From assembly GCF_006345805.1 (NCBI RefSeq), contig NC_043014.1:11656001-11720000 (forward strand): a stretch of DNA of 64,000 bases, written 5' to 3'. Numbering within the stretch: the stretch's first letter is position 1; every line of letters begins with the position of its first letter. A program made the translations under genes and the position numbers. Source of the DNA: Octopus sinensis (Eukaryota). Of this stretch, positions 24,202-36,511 are shown one piece after another. Below the pieces are notes generated by a model. That model saw nothing but the letters and a program-made list of their open reading frames with translations. It was not told the DNA's origin and ran no database searches.

Positions 24202-24601
24202 TTGGGCAAGTGATTTATACTATAGCCCCAGGCCGACCAACCAATGTATTGTGAATGCATTTGGTAGATGGAATCTGTGTGGAAGCCTGTAGAACCGAGC
24301 GTCAAGCTAATATACTTCTTATGCACGTACTCACGTTCGTTGCTTTTCCGTTTCGAGTATTCACGCTTCTTCTGCAAGAAACGATAGACATGGGGAAAAT
24401 AGAATGGAGAAGTCAAAAATCGACAAATAGAAACGCACGTGTATCAAACCATCAAGTTGTGTGTATATCTTAGCATTTGTAATTTTTTTCCACACCACGA
24501 GCTGACAGCTGCTTTTGTCCCGTTTACATCCCCGTAACTTAGCGGTTCGGCAAATATGACAGATAGGTTAAGCACCAGATTTAAGGCAAAGTAAAACAAA
24601 T

Positions 24602-25010
24602 GGATCTTTTCGGTTTGAACGGCAGTTTTTAAAAATCATTTCCACGTAACTAAACACTTTTAAACTTCGTATACTGGTAGAATGTGTTTATAATACATAT
24701 TTTTCTCTTGGCTTTATTCAGAAAATTCTATAGTTTGTAAGATATTTGTTGTTTTTTTTCTTCAATTTCTGCAATTTCAACCAATCAATGACGTCTATTG
24801 AGGTGAAAACATTCTGTGCCGTATGAATATGTCCCTCGTTTAAGAAACAGATTGGGTATATTTACATTAGTGAAGAAAAAAAGATACCCTTCCCCCCACC
24901 CCTAACCCTAACCCTAAAACAGATTGATATGCAATAGATCGATACTAGGGTCATAATTATGGGTGACAATTTCATATTGAAAAAAACTGCCGTTCAAACC
25001 GAAAAGATCC
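24602..25010. mobile_element. MITE, 409 bp, 29-bp perfect TIRs, AAAT flanks, internal CCCTAA repeats
   Basis: GGATCTTTTCGGTTTGAACGGCAGTTTTT ... AAAAACTGCCGTTCAAACCGAAAAGATCC. Confidence 0.92.
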
Positions 25011-25991
25011 AAATAAATAAAAAATTAGAACGGGTGTCAGTTTGTTCGGCCCAAACCCTTAAAAGCGGTGCCCCAGCATGGTCGCAGTCTAATGACTGAA
25101 ACAAGTAAAAGATAGATGATAGTTGATGGATCATCAATAAAACAAACAAAAGAGAAGAGATGGTATCTGAACAAAAATTGTTGTAACGCTGTCGTTCATC
25201 CTTGACAAAGGCATTCACTCTATAGCTACAGCATGGTGCATTTTCGTGTGTATGTGCGCGCATATGAGAGCGTATGTACGTGTGTGTGTGTGCGTGTGTC
25301 TTTGCTCTGGATATTTAAAAGATCTTGCCTCTCTGTGTGCTTCTATAACCTGGTATGCAAAGCATATGTTAACTACATTAATATTATTGTGCGAGAAAAG
25401 AAACGTAATTAACTGTAACAGCAAGTCGTTTTTATTGAAACTTACTTAAAGAATATATAGATTTTCAACTAAGACATAATAACCAAAAGCAATAGTAAGG
25501 CACCACTAAAGCGATATATCACAAAATACTTCTGATTCATACATCATATTATTTCCCTTCCTTTCTCAGTTACGCTCAAATGAGAGTAATGCCAGTTTTG
25601 TTTCAACGACCAAAATTTTTTTAAGCTACGACTATTGCACTTCAAGACATAAATATTTTTTCTGTCATTTTTTTTTTGTCTTTTTAGTAAGAAATATCAT
25701 TGTGTTTCCAATTAAAATAGCTGAAAGTAACACGAAATATCCCGAACGTCACTTTGTCTTTATAAGAAGTATACAGATGTTATTCGAATAGAGATAATTG
25801 GCGCGACATGAGAAGTCGTAAGAAAAATGTTCCCCGCACGTCATAACGCTTCTCGAAAGAGATTTTGGTCGGTAAAAAATTAAATGACACGGCGTTTCGT
25901 TGTGTGCTGACCTACTTTCTAATGGAAGCGTATATCATATCTTTACGTACAACGCTTTGTGACCAAAGCCAGAGCGTTGTTATAAAGGTGA

Positions 25992-26103
<112 letters not shown>

Positions 26104-26125
26104 TGTATGTGTGTGTGTGTGTATA

Positions 26126-26855
26126 CTAGCTGACGTACCCTGTAATTCCCGGGAAAGCGGGGCTTATACCTTGGTTCCGTTCTCATAATTGCTTCGCTAA
26201 TCCATTAACAACAATAGTATATAACCTTTAAACGGTTTTTGTGCATTTACGGAGAATACCGAACTGTCTTACACAGGATCTTATTTTTATGATTCCCAAT
26301 AAGGTATGTATACTAATATCGTGAAACATGTTACGTAATAACAGACTAATCAGGTATGAGATAATAACAATTCAAAGTAAACTACTCCGAAAAGGGCTTT
26401 TGTGCGTTCCCAGAGAATATTACACTCTGTGGCGCTAGTATTGGTACATTCATGAATAAGTCACTAACCGAAATAAGTGGATCTATTATTTAGGAAAATA
26501 CTATTTACTTATTTAAGGGTTGTACAGGATAAATTGCGAAAATAACTCTAACAGTTCATATACTAATAAAGAAGCATATTCAATTTCATTTATACCAAAT
26601 GATTGGGTTATTTCCTTTGGCTTTTAAAATTTGGGCGAATGGGTTATTTCCCTTCGCTGTTAAAATAAAATATATTAGATATATATAAGGATCCCTCCAA
26701 GGGGCCCTATTATGAGTATGCCATGAGGCTTCCAGACATGAGTTCTACTCATGTGTCAAGTTTCATCAAAATCGATAAAACGATGTAGAAGGAGTTAGCT
26801 AACAACTCCACAAACACACCCACAGACATAATCTCCCACATATGTAATATATATA
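26126..26855 (-). mobile_element. non-autonomous Helitron-like element
   Basis: minus-strand 3' end CCCGGGAATTACAGGG hairpin then CTAG followed by T; 5' end TATATATATTAC..; internal AAGTTTCATCAAAATCG motif. Confidence 0.7.
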
Positions 26856-27015
26856 CCAGTAAAAGCAGTGCCACAACGTGGCCGCAGTCTAATGACTGAA
26901 AATAGTAAAATACAGATTTTCTATATAATTTAGAGCCAACACCGAAAGTTACGATATATCGTAAATGAATACGTCTCTGTAAACAATATAGCCGAAGATA
27001 GGAAAATATGTAAAG

Positions 27016-27060
27016 GGTATACATGCACATTTCAGGAGTTATTGCCTCTTCATCAGTACC
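27016..27060 (-). ncRNA. minimal type I hammerhead ribozyme motif
   Basis: rc GGTA CTGATGA AGAG-GCAATAA-CTCCT GAAA TGTGCATG TA TACC: intact core, stem I GGTA/TACC, wobble-paired stem III. Confidence 0.65.
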
Positions 27061-27350
27061 ACATCCAACCCATTAACTACCCACCGTAGGACACAGTATC
27101 GACTTAAAAACCTTTAACATACTTAGTTGTATATTATGATTGCAAAACGAAATACAGTGTCCCTGCCAGCAATTAACACACACACGTAAAACAGAATCTA
27201 AAGAGACTACTGTTGGTCGGAGACGGCAAGATTTGAATTATTAAGTAGAATAGATATAAAGAGTACAGTGAACATGTCGTGGAGAGTGAAAACTCCAGTG
27301 TTTCAGACATAGGATGTAAAACTCTGCTGTCTTTCAATAATTTCCTCTCT

Positions 27351-27410
27351 GTCAACTTCTTCTGAAGAAGGACCTTGTCTGAAACGTTGAAATTTCCATC
27401 GTCAGTTCAC
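27351..27410 (+). ncRNA. degenerate hammerhead motif
   Basis: CTGAAGA A GGAC CTT GTCT GAAA CGTT..CG TC AGTT; stem I imperfect. Confidence 0.5.
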
Positions 27411-27592
27411 TGCACTCTTTATGTATGTGTGTGTGTGTTAAAATGTACGCAAGCACACACACACATACACACAAACTTCACATAGGAAGGGCATAATAGA
27501 AGTGTTCCTCATTCTATTCATGCTCTACGCGGTTAGATAACAACCATCATAAATACAAAAGGCATGTATGCAGAATCCGAGTCACCATATAA

Positions 27593-28191
27593 AAACAAAT
27601 GAACACAGAAAAGGTAACCGGTACTTTATGCTTTATATAATGTACACATGTTTCATTAAGCCGATTGCCATTTTTACATAAGCCGGTTGACCCTATTACG
27701 AAACAAAATACTTCCTCATTATTTTCAGCGATGATACAATATAAAGAAATGTACAAGGCGTTATATGCATCGGTATGCACATTAAGTACCATCTGGTTAT
27801 TGCAGTAAAATAGAATGTAGGAAACAAGAGGGTAAGAATTTGTGAAAGCAGAGTGATAGGGTGGAGATGAAAGAGTATCAAGGCCACGCCTACACCCATA
27901 TACGCTCCAGTGGACGCACGCACTCACATGTACTCGCATATACCAACATGTATATATACAGTAACTAACACGAAGGAGGGAGGAAGAAACGGAGTCCAAA
28001 CAAAACAATAATACAAATATTAATGAAATAGTAAAATGGCAATAATAGGAATAATACCGAGGAAGTAAACGAATTTACTGTGTTGCGTAACAGGCTATCC
28101 AGATTATGTAATAACGGAAACCGGCTTACTGAAACTCGTGTACATTATCTAAAGCATGAATACGGGATATGTTTTCTATGTTCATTTGTTT
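27593..28191. mobile_element. old foldback or MITE with about 105-bp imperfect inverted arms
   Basis: AAACAAATGAACACAGAAAA..ATAATGTACAC..GTTTCA..AAGCCG at 27593-27700 is the reverse complement of 28086-28191. Confidence 0.75.
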
Positions 28192-28199
28192 CAATACAT

Positions 28200-28230
<31 letters not shown>

Positions 28231-28390
28231 AAGTAAAGTCTATTTGCCAACACAACGTGGCAGTCCTATACAGAACGATGCTACACATCTTTTCCAGTTG
28301 GCTACCGACACATGATCTGTGTCCGCATACTGTGTGCAAGGGACTCTACTGCTCGCCTTCTAGCAGCAGTGCAGTGATATACATATATAT

Positions 28391-28435
<45 letters not shown>

Positions 28436-28532
28436 CGGGAAGCTTTATGAAAATAGACAAAAGACGAAGGCAGGTGGAAAACAAACAAACAATTGTATTA
28501 GTATGGCGCTCAGGAAATATAAATAAAACAAG

Positions 28533-28570
28533 TCTTTAACGTTTCAAGCCTACGCTCTTCAACAGAAAGA
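28533..28570 (-). ncRNA. minimal dimer-type hammerhead motif
   Basis: rc TCTTT CTGTTGA A GAGC GTAG GCTT GAAA CG TT AAAGA; stem I 5 bp, palindromic AACGTT stem III, A6 mutated. Confidence 0.6.
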
Positions 28571-28733
28571 TACACAGAGAGAAAAAAACACAGAAAGAAG
28601 GAGAGAAAAAAATGCGTGCAGTAACTAACGAACCAACATGGCGATCTGATTTCGGCCAGAAGTCAAAGATCAAACATGAGACGCGAGAGCGAAATTAGGG
28701 GAGATAATAGGGTTGAGTGACCAGCTCCAACAT

Positions 28734-28769
<36 letters not shown>

Positions 28770-28776
<7 letters not shown>

Positions 28777-29080
28777 AGAGAGTATTAGTGCGTATGAGAG
28801 GTCTGGACGTGTGTATGTATAGGGTTGGTGTATGTATTAGTATGTATAAGGGTGTGTGTGTGTGTGTATGAGAGAGTATTAGTGCGTATGAGAGGTCTGG
28901 ACGTGTGTATGTATAGGGTTGGTGTATGTATTAGTATGTATTAGTACGTATTAGTATGTATAAGGGTGTTGTGTTGTGTGTATGAGAGAGTATTAGTGCG
29001 TATGAGAGGTCTGGACGTGTGTATGTATAGGGTTGGTGTATGTATTAGTATGTATTAGTATGTATTAGTTGGTGTATGTA
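28770..29080. repeat. minisatellite, three units
   Basis: GTATGAGAGAGTATTAGTGCGTATGAGAGGTCTGGACGTGTGTATGTATAGGGTTGG x3. Confidence 0.9.
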
Positions 29081-29578
29081 TTAGTATGGCACATCATATA
29101 TGATGTGATGTGTAAAGTCGTGTGGTGTAGTGTGGAGAGAGGAGAAGAGGGGGGGAGAGAGAGGAGGGGGACAAGGAAGGGGAGGAGGAGGAGGGGAGGA
29201 AGGAGGAAAGAGGGAGAGGGGAGAGAGAAGGGGAGTGAGGGAGCAGAGGGAAGGGGAAGAGGGAAGGAGGGAGGGAGAAAGAGGGAAGAAGGGAAGGGGA
29301 GTAGGGGTGAAAGGATGAAGGACTGAGAAGAGTAGGGGTCGGGGGAACGGTAGGTGAGGAGGGGGGAGAGGGGGGTAGATGAGGAGGGGGGGAGAGTTGA
29401 GACCAAATGGCGTATAAGAGCGAAGAGAGAAGATTAATTCCTGTTCACGGCGCAAACGGGAATCCGGATGGCCTCTGTGTAAGGACAAACCGAACACAAG
29501 ATAGGTGTTGCAAGGAGTGACCGGTGGAGCGGAAATGGCGAGAGACCGGTGTGTCGTTCGCAAGGTGGATGTCACGAT

Positions 29579-29643
<65 letters not shown>

Positions 29644-29754
29644 GTTATATGGATGTATGTTTGTATGTAGATATAATATATATATATATATTATATATAT
29701 ATATATATATCTAGATATACTATATATATATATATATATATATATACTAACAAC

Positions 29755-29897
29755 GTTAACAGGAAGTGTATCGTCCCCTGGACACATTACATCCCTCTTG
29801 GCACAAGAATACAATGCATCTCTCGGTCCAGGAATCGAAATCACAATTTTACGATCTTGAGTACAACGCCCTAACCACTAAGCCACGCACCTCCACA
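29755..29897 (-). mobile_element. SINE family C 5' fragment
   Basis: rc GTGGAGGTGCGTGGCTTAGTGGTTAGGGCG..TTCGATTCCTGGACC. Confidence 0.75.
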
Positions 29898-30480
29898 CTC
29901 GCTCACACGCACACACATAGTTCATGTCGTCGTTGGTTGTGGCTGGGCAGAAGATTACCATTGGTTCTATTCTTGCACTCAGCAAAATAGGCGACTCATA
30001 AAACTTGCTGGCCTGAGGTACATAACCTCTTTACTAATGGAGGTAAAAATATAGTCTTGGTCAGCTTAATGGTGGTGGTGGTGGTGGTGGGGAAAGTCAC
30101 ACAAAAGGAAATATTTTTCGGTGAGTAAACTCCTCCTCGGAGAGACGGGGTTACTTCGCTTTGAAGATCCCAGTTGTGTTGGAAGAAGCTTAATTCATGT
30201 ACAGTTTCCGTTCCCTTGTTGCATAAAAAGCTATCACACACAAACGTATTCGCAGAACAGCCTGTTCATACATTACGTGAGTACACAGACATATATATCT
30301 ACATCTATGTGCACGCATTAACATACATTCAACATATTCGCAAATCCGGGGATTATGACTTTCAACATTCAGCATTTAAACTGGTCGTATATGGGTCAAA
30401 TAATCTCCCTGTTTAAAATGCTCAACCAAACCAGATCTGGTACTTCACATCGACAGTACAATATCATTGTAAAAATAAAA

Positions 30481-30703
30481 GGCGGCGAGCTGGCAGAAGC
30501 GTTATCGCGCCGGACGAAATGCTTAACCGTTACGTTCTGAGTTCAAATTTCACCGAGTTTGACTTTGACTTTGCCTTTCATCCTTTCGGGGTCGATAAAT
30601 TAAGTACCAGTTACGCACTGGGGTCGATGTAGTCGACTTAATCTTTTTGTCTGTCCTTGTTTGTCCCCTCTATGTTTAGCCCCTTGTGGGCAATAAAGAA
30701 ATA
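30481..30703 (+). mobile_element. SINE family B monomer with 24-bp TSD
   Basis: AGTACAATATCATT(G/A)TAAAAATAA at 30455-30478 and 30704-30727. Confidence 0.92.
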
Positions 30704-30726
30704 AGTACAATATCATTATAAAAATA

Positions 30727-30865
30727 AGCTTGTTTACCAGCCACATGGTTCCGGGTTCAGTCCCACTGCGTGGCACCTTGGGCAAGTGTCTTCTACTATA
30801 GCCTCGGGCCGACCAAAGCCTTGTGAGTGGATTTGGTAGACGGAAACTGAAAGAAGCCCGTCGTA

Positions 30866-30902
<37 letters not shown>

Positions 30903-31122
30903 GCGTGTGTGTTTGTGTGTCTGTGTTTGTCTCCCTAGCATTGCTTGACAACCGATGCTGGTGTGTTTATGTCCCCGTTACTTAGCGGTTCGGCAAAAGA
31001 GACCGATAGAATAAGTACTGGGCTTACAAAAGAATAAGTCCCGGGGTCGAGTTGCTCGATTAAAGGCGGTGCTCCAGCGTGGCCGCAGTCAAATGACTGA
31101 AACAAGTAAAAGAGTAAAAGCG
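30727..31122 (+). mobile_element. SINE family A, 5' truncated
   Basis: starts at AGCTTGTTTACC; full tail. Confidence 0.88.
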
Positions 31123-31858
31123 TAATCACATCATCGAAATCTCGAAGCTACGAGATAATGCCTGATTAATTCGAGACAATATGACTTAATAAGCGTTACA
31201 TTGGACAGGGTTATCCGAATTCTAAAGGGTTAAGCCAGCTATACATTGCCAAAAATATTCTCTGCTTGTTTTATGGGGAAACAGGCCACGTCCGGTCTCT
31301 TACATCTACAGTACAATAATATCATTACAAAAATAAACAATCGCATCATCGAAATTTCGAAGCTATGAGATAATGAATGATAATGAATTTAAAACAATGG
31401 GAAGAAATAAGCATAATATTTGAGAGAATAATCTGAATGCTAAAGGTAAACCAAACATTCAAGCCTTATCATGGCTTAAACACCCAAAAGAACTTATATA
31501 TAGATCGCATACGTTGAAGGTAGACATCTTTAACGTAGACGACGGAAGGAGTTGTGGACCTCACTAAAACTATAAATGTTAAATATTTATTGCATATGAA
31601 GGAAATATTATATAAAACGGATATACAATTCATTATCGACAATGATAATAAGATATATAACCAAGTGGCATGCAATAAATATAGATACATACATACTACC
31701 AACTCATGAAACTATCGGACCTTGAGTCACTCTGTTACTTCTTGCTAAATATTAATAAAAATGTACATATACTCAAAAATTAAGTTCTATTTTTCCTATT
31801 CGCTTCACCATACCTATATATGTGGTGTGTGTGTGTGTGTGTAACTGTAGTATATGAT

Positions 31859-31966
31859 AATTATTCGGTAGCCATGATAAAACTCCGAGTTTCGGATGTC
31901 GGGGTGGAAATCTACGCCGCCATCTCTTCAGTTATCCGGCCATCGGAAAAATGCTACCGAATAATT
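31859..31966 (-). ncRNA. type I hammerhead ribozyme motif with extended stem I
   Basis: rc GATAA CTGAAGA GATG..CATCC GAAA CTCGGAG TT TTATC (core 31876-31936), enclosed by a perfect 14-bp inverted repeat. Confidence 0.75.
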
Positions 31967-32802
31967 GTCACATTACATTTACAGATAAATTCCTCTATTT
32001 ACATAATATCGACGTCTCTTTCTTTCCTTTGTTGTCTTACCATTTTTATCAATATATATACTTATACATATATAATAGTTCATTTTTATTATTGTTGTTG
32101 TTTACCTTAAAGGCTTGAAATAAATGTTCTTAAAGGATGTAGGATATATTACGTATTTGATATTTTTCTCTTTCCATATTATTCTGGATTTGCTATTTAT
32201 TTATTTACTTATATTACATTTTATTTCATTATTATTATAAACATATACAATATTATTATTTATTTAGAAATTATTTATCCCTTTCGGATAACTCCGGTTG
32301 ATACGTAATTGCCACTGTTTGCTTCTGCTTGACTTAAATTTTATAACTTCTTTGTATTGCAGTATCATAGATAACTATGGTATTATATGGCGTTATTATA
32401 TATTTATATATACATGCGTTCTTCTGCTTCCTTTTTTCCTTTTTCTTTTTCTCCTTCTCAATACCCTTTGATATTACATTAATCTCTTCTTTTCTTTCTT
32501 TAAGACGCAAAATATACACTACCTTCTCTCTCTATGTTGGACTGAGGCCTGCTATAACCGGCTATTTTTGTATGTATGCTATGAATTAACGGTTTATAGC
32601 CATTAGTTCAACTTGTATTTCTAATCGGTATGTCTCTGCTACCTCCGAAGAGATTCATCTTATGATGATTTTAATTTTATAAATTAATTACCTAAAGATT
32701 CCTGAATCGAAACAGCTGTCAGAGATGTCATATTTTATAATTAGTAAATAATTTTTATTAATTACCTCTCCATTTTCTTCTTATTCTTATTATATATATA
32801 TA

Positions 32803-32834
<32 letters not shown>

Positions 32835-33076
32835 CTTTATATATATATAATATCTTTATATATATAAAAGATAATGCACCATATTTACTGGAAATAGCAG
32901 ACGATAATATACGAAGAGAACTAATTAAATTTGCGTTAACAAACGTAATTTAGAAAGTCCGAAACCTAGCCCCTAGATTATCCACATCTGGGTTGTACAT
33001 TTATTTAATGTTCTTACAGATAAGATGAAATATTTTATGTTCGCCGCCCGCAAACGTCTTTGCCAGTGTACATACA

Positions 33077-33107
<31 letters not shown>

Positions 33108-33277
33108 GTATATATATATATATATATATATACAGTGAAGCTTTACTATAGTGTCGTATATTATTGTCTGCTATTTCTAGTGAATATTGGTGCATTGTTG
33201 TACCACTATCCTATATTTATATTTTAACCTGATGATGCTTTGTTTGACTGGGAAGCAATACTACTGTATTGCACTAT

Positions 33278-33329
<52 letters not shown>

Positions 33330-33367
33330 TAATAATAATAATAATGATACAACACACACACGCATAC

Positions 33368-33398
<31 letters not shown>

Positions 33399-33839
33399 CA
33401 CACACACATATACATATATGAGTACAGGACGTCACCAACGTTAAACAACATGGAATACGAAAACAAATGAGTTCAATACGCAAACAGCGAGAGAAACAAA
33501 TGGAAAACAGGACAAATAACACAAAGAACGACCCTTCATCAGTTGTCGGCTATCTATCTATTCCTCATTTCGAGCAATATATATATATATATATATATAT
33601 ATTTCATAATTTCATTGTCTCGGGAGAGTCAGTCTCTTTTAGTGCCTTATTACGTAACACACACACACTGGTTTGATTTCCACTCATTTACTTATTTTTC
33701 ATAAGTTAATCGTTTGTTTCTTTGTCACATCTCTTCTTATAAATATATATTAACATATATATTCACACACACACACACATACACATCAACAAAAACATGT
33801 ATGGATACATATACATACATACACACAAATATATAAATA

Positions 33840-34005
33840 CAGGAGTGGCTGTGTGGTAAGTAGCTTGCTAACCAACCACATGGTTCCGGGTTCAGTCCCA
33901 CTGCGTGGCATCTTGGGCAAGTGTCTTCTGCTATAGCCCTGGGCCGACCAATGCCTTGTGAGTGGATTTGGTAGACGGAAACTGAAAGAAGCCTGTCGTA
34001 TATAT

Positions 34006-34038
<33 letters not shown>

Positions 34039-34258
34039 GTGTGGTGTGTGTTTGTGTTTGTCCCCCTAGCATTGCTTGACAACCGATGCTGGTGTGTACA
34101 TCCCTTTCACTTAGCGGTTCGGCAAAGAGACCGATAAAATAAGTACTCGGCTAACAAAGAATAAGTCCCGGGGTCGATTTGCTCGACTAAAGGCAGTGCT
34201 CCAGCATGGCCGCAGTCAAAATGACTGAAACAAGTAAAAGAGTAAAAGAGTAAAGAGT
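33840..34258 (+). mobile_element. SINE family A
   Basis: full-length copy. Confidence 0.9.
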
Positions 34259-34289
34259 AATATATATGATATATATATGTAAATACGTT

Positions 34290-34470
34290 GGTTTCAAATG
34301 CTAGCAGAAAGCCAGCTATTTCGCGGGGAAGGGTAAGCCGATAACCTCGACCCCAGGCGCAACTGGTACTTATTTTATCTCCACAAAAGGCAAAGTGGAC
34401 CTCGGCAGAATTTGAACTTAAACCGTAAAGACAGACAAAATGTCACTAATCGTTTTATCCGGAGTGCCAA
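34290..34470 (-). mobile_element. diverged SINE family B-like copy
   Basis: GGCAAAGTGGACCTCGGCAGAATTTGAAC on plus. Confidence 0.7.
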
Positions 34471-34680
34471 CAATTCCCGCCTGCCTGCCTGCATGCAGAC
34501 ATGTATGTATGTGTGTATGTATGCATGTATGTATGTATGCATGCACGCATGCAGGCATGTACGTGTGTGTGCATGTATGTATGTATGTATGTATGTATGT
34601 ATGTATGAATCTATGTATGTATTAATTTGATTACACGTCGTATTAGCATTTTATGTTAATTGCATCATTCTAATTTTCTA

Positions 34681-34711
<31 letters not shown>

Positions 34712-35519
34712 CTATGTATGTGCCTACATGCCTCTTTGTATGTATGTGCATATATGTCTACATATGCATGTATATATACATATATCTATTTGTGTGTGTG
34801 TGTGAGTGTATATATATATATACATATATATATGGACAAACACAAGCGTATATATATATATACATATGTACATATCTATACACATATATAAGCATACATA
34901 AAAGCAGACATATATGTGTGCGTGTATATGTGTGTATACATATCCATCTGATTAGTGCACACCAAAGATTTGGAAGGCCCTCTAAATATAAGTTATTTTA
35001 TATATATATATATATATATATCTATATATCTATATAATCTATATATATATATATATATATTATATCTCTATATAAGTATATATATTGTAATCTTTATAAT
35101 AATATGAAGTGTATGTATATATATATATATGTTTAGGCACGTATACTAACGCATGACTATATTACCGATATGCAGTCATTGTGCTTCTAAATCTTAGGTA
35201 TCATTCATAAATTCCGAAGGATTTCTGCCGATCGCTCAGTGTCATCGCAGAATGAAAAATATACGCGTGTACGTTGCATTATTTGCTTTAGATGATGGAA
35301 TAATCTGGTGATATTATATTTCATTATGACAGTGCTTGATATATATATATATAATATATTATATATATATTATATATATATAATTATAAAAAATAATATA
35401 TATATATATATATATACATACATACATACATACATATACACATATATATATATACATATATATATTATATGTATATATATATTTATATGTATGTATATAT
35501 AGTGTGTTTGGGTATGTGA

Positions 35520-35830
35520 AGACGCGTGACTTAGTTGTTAGGGCATTCAGCTCACGATAGTTAGGTCGTGAGTTCAATTCCCCGCGACGCGTTGTGTCTT
35601 TGAGCAATACACTTTATTTCACGTTATTCTAGTCTACTCAGCTGGCAAAAATGAGTTGTACCTGTATTTCAAAGGGCCAGCCTTGTCACACTCGGTGTCA
35701 TGCTGAATCTCCCTGAGAACTACGTTAGGGATACACGTGTCTGTGGAGTGCTCAGCCACTTGCACATTAATCTCACGAGCAAGCTGTTCATCGATCGTAT
35801 CAGATGGGACCATCGTCGTCGTCGTAAGCG
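35520..35830 (+). mobile_element. SINE with C-like head and centre and a different tail
   Basis: GCGTGACTTAGTTGTTAGGGCATTCAGCTCACGAT..GAGTTCAATTCC..CTTTGAGCAATACAC..GCTGGCAAAAATGAGT, then a unique tail. Confidence 0.75.
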
Positions 35831-35851
35831 ACAGAGTTTTGACCCGCCCCC

Positions 35852-35887
<36 letters not shown>

Positions 35888-36268
35888 GGCGCAGGAGTGG
35901 CTGTGTGGTAAGTAGCTTACTTACAAACCACATGGTTCCGGGTTCAGTCCCACTGCATGGCACCTTGGCAAGTGCATTCTACTATAGCCTCGGGCCAACC
36001 AAAGCCTTGTGAGTGGATTTGGTAGACGGAAACTGAATGAAGCCTGTCGTATATATGTATATATATATGTGTGTGTGTGTGCTTGTGTGTCTGTGTTTGT
36101 CGCCCCCAACATCGCTTGATAACCGATGCTGGTGTGTTTACGACCCCGTAACACTTAACGGTTCGGCAAAAGAGGCCGATAGAATAAGTAGTAGGCTTAC
36201 AAAGAACAAGTCCTGGGGTCGATTTGCTCGACGAAAGTCGGTGCTCCAGCATAGCCGCAGTCAAATGA
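35888..36268 (+). mobile_element. SINE family A
   Basis: full-length copy. Confidence 0.9.
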
Positions 36269-36511
36269 CTATTCCAGATCCCTCCCTAAAATGACTCTAT
36301 CTTACTCGTGCGAGGAGCTTTTACGACCTTGATGGTGTGGCTTTGGGTTTTGTACAAACTAACAGTTTCTTACGACAATGAAGTTTTTCCCTTCACAAAG
36401 TCATTCCTGAAGTACGGACTGAATACTATGTAAAATCATCTTCTGAAACTGATAATTTCAATAATTAAACTCTCCTGGCGGTTATAACAAAACTACTGCA
36501 CAGAAGCTCAC

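Larger units (their letters stand above)
28430..29580 (-). mobile_element. Penelope-like element 3' portion (GIY-YIG C-terminus, 3' UTR, pLTR-like end)
   Basis: LVFGLSLHRGHPDSRLRREQELIFSLRSYTPFGLN (29400-29510), pyrimidine tract, minisatellite, hammerhead motif, end at (TA)n. Confidence 0.8.

Noticed and set aside
24900-24918. Interstitial telomere
   Set aside because: Only three CCCTAA units, and they are internal to a MITE.
33228-33270. CTGATGA-TGCTT..AAGCA hairpin
   Set aside because: The GAAA core is missing; too degenerate to call.
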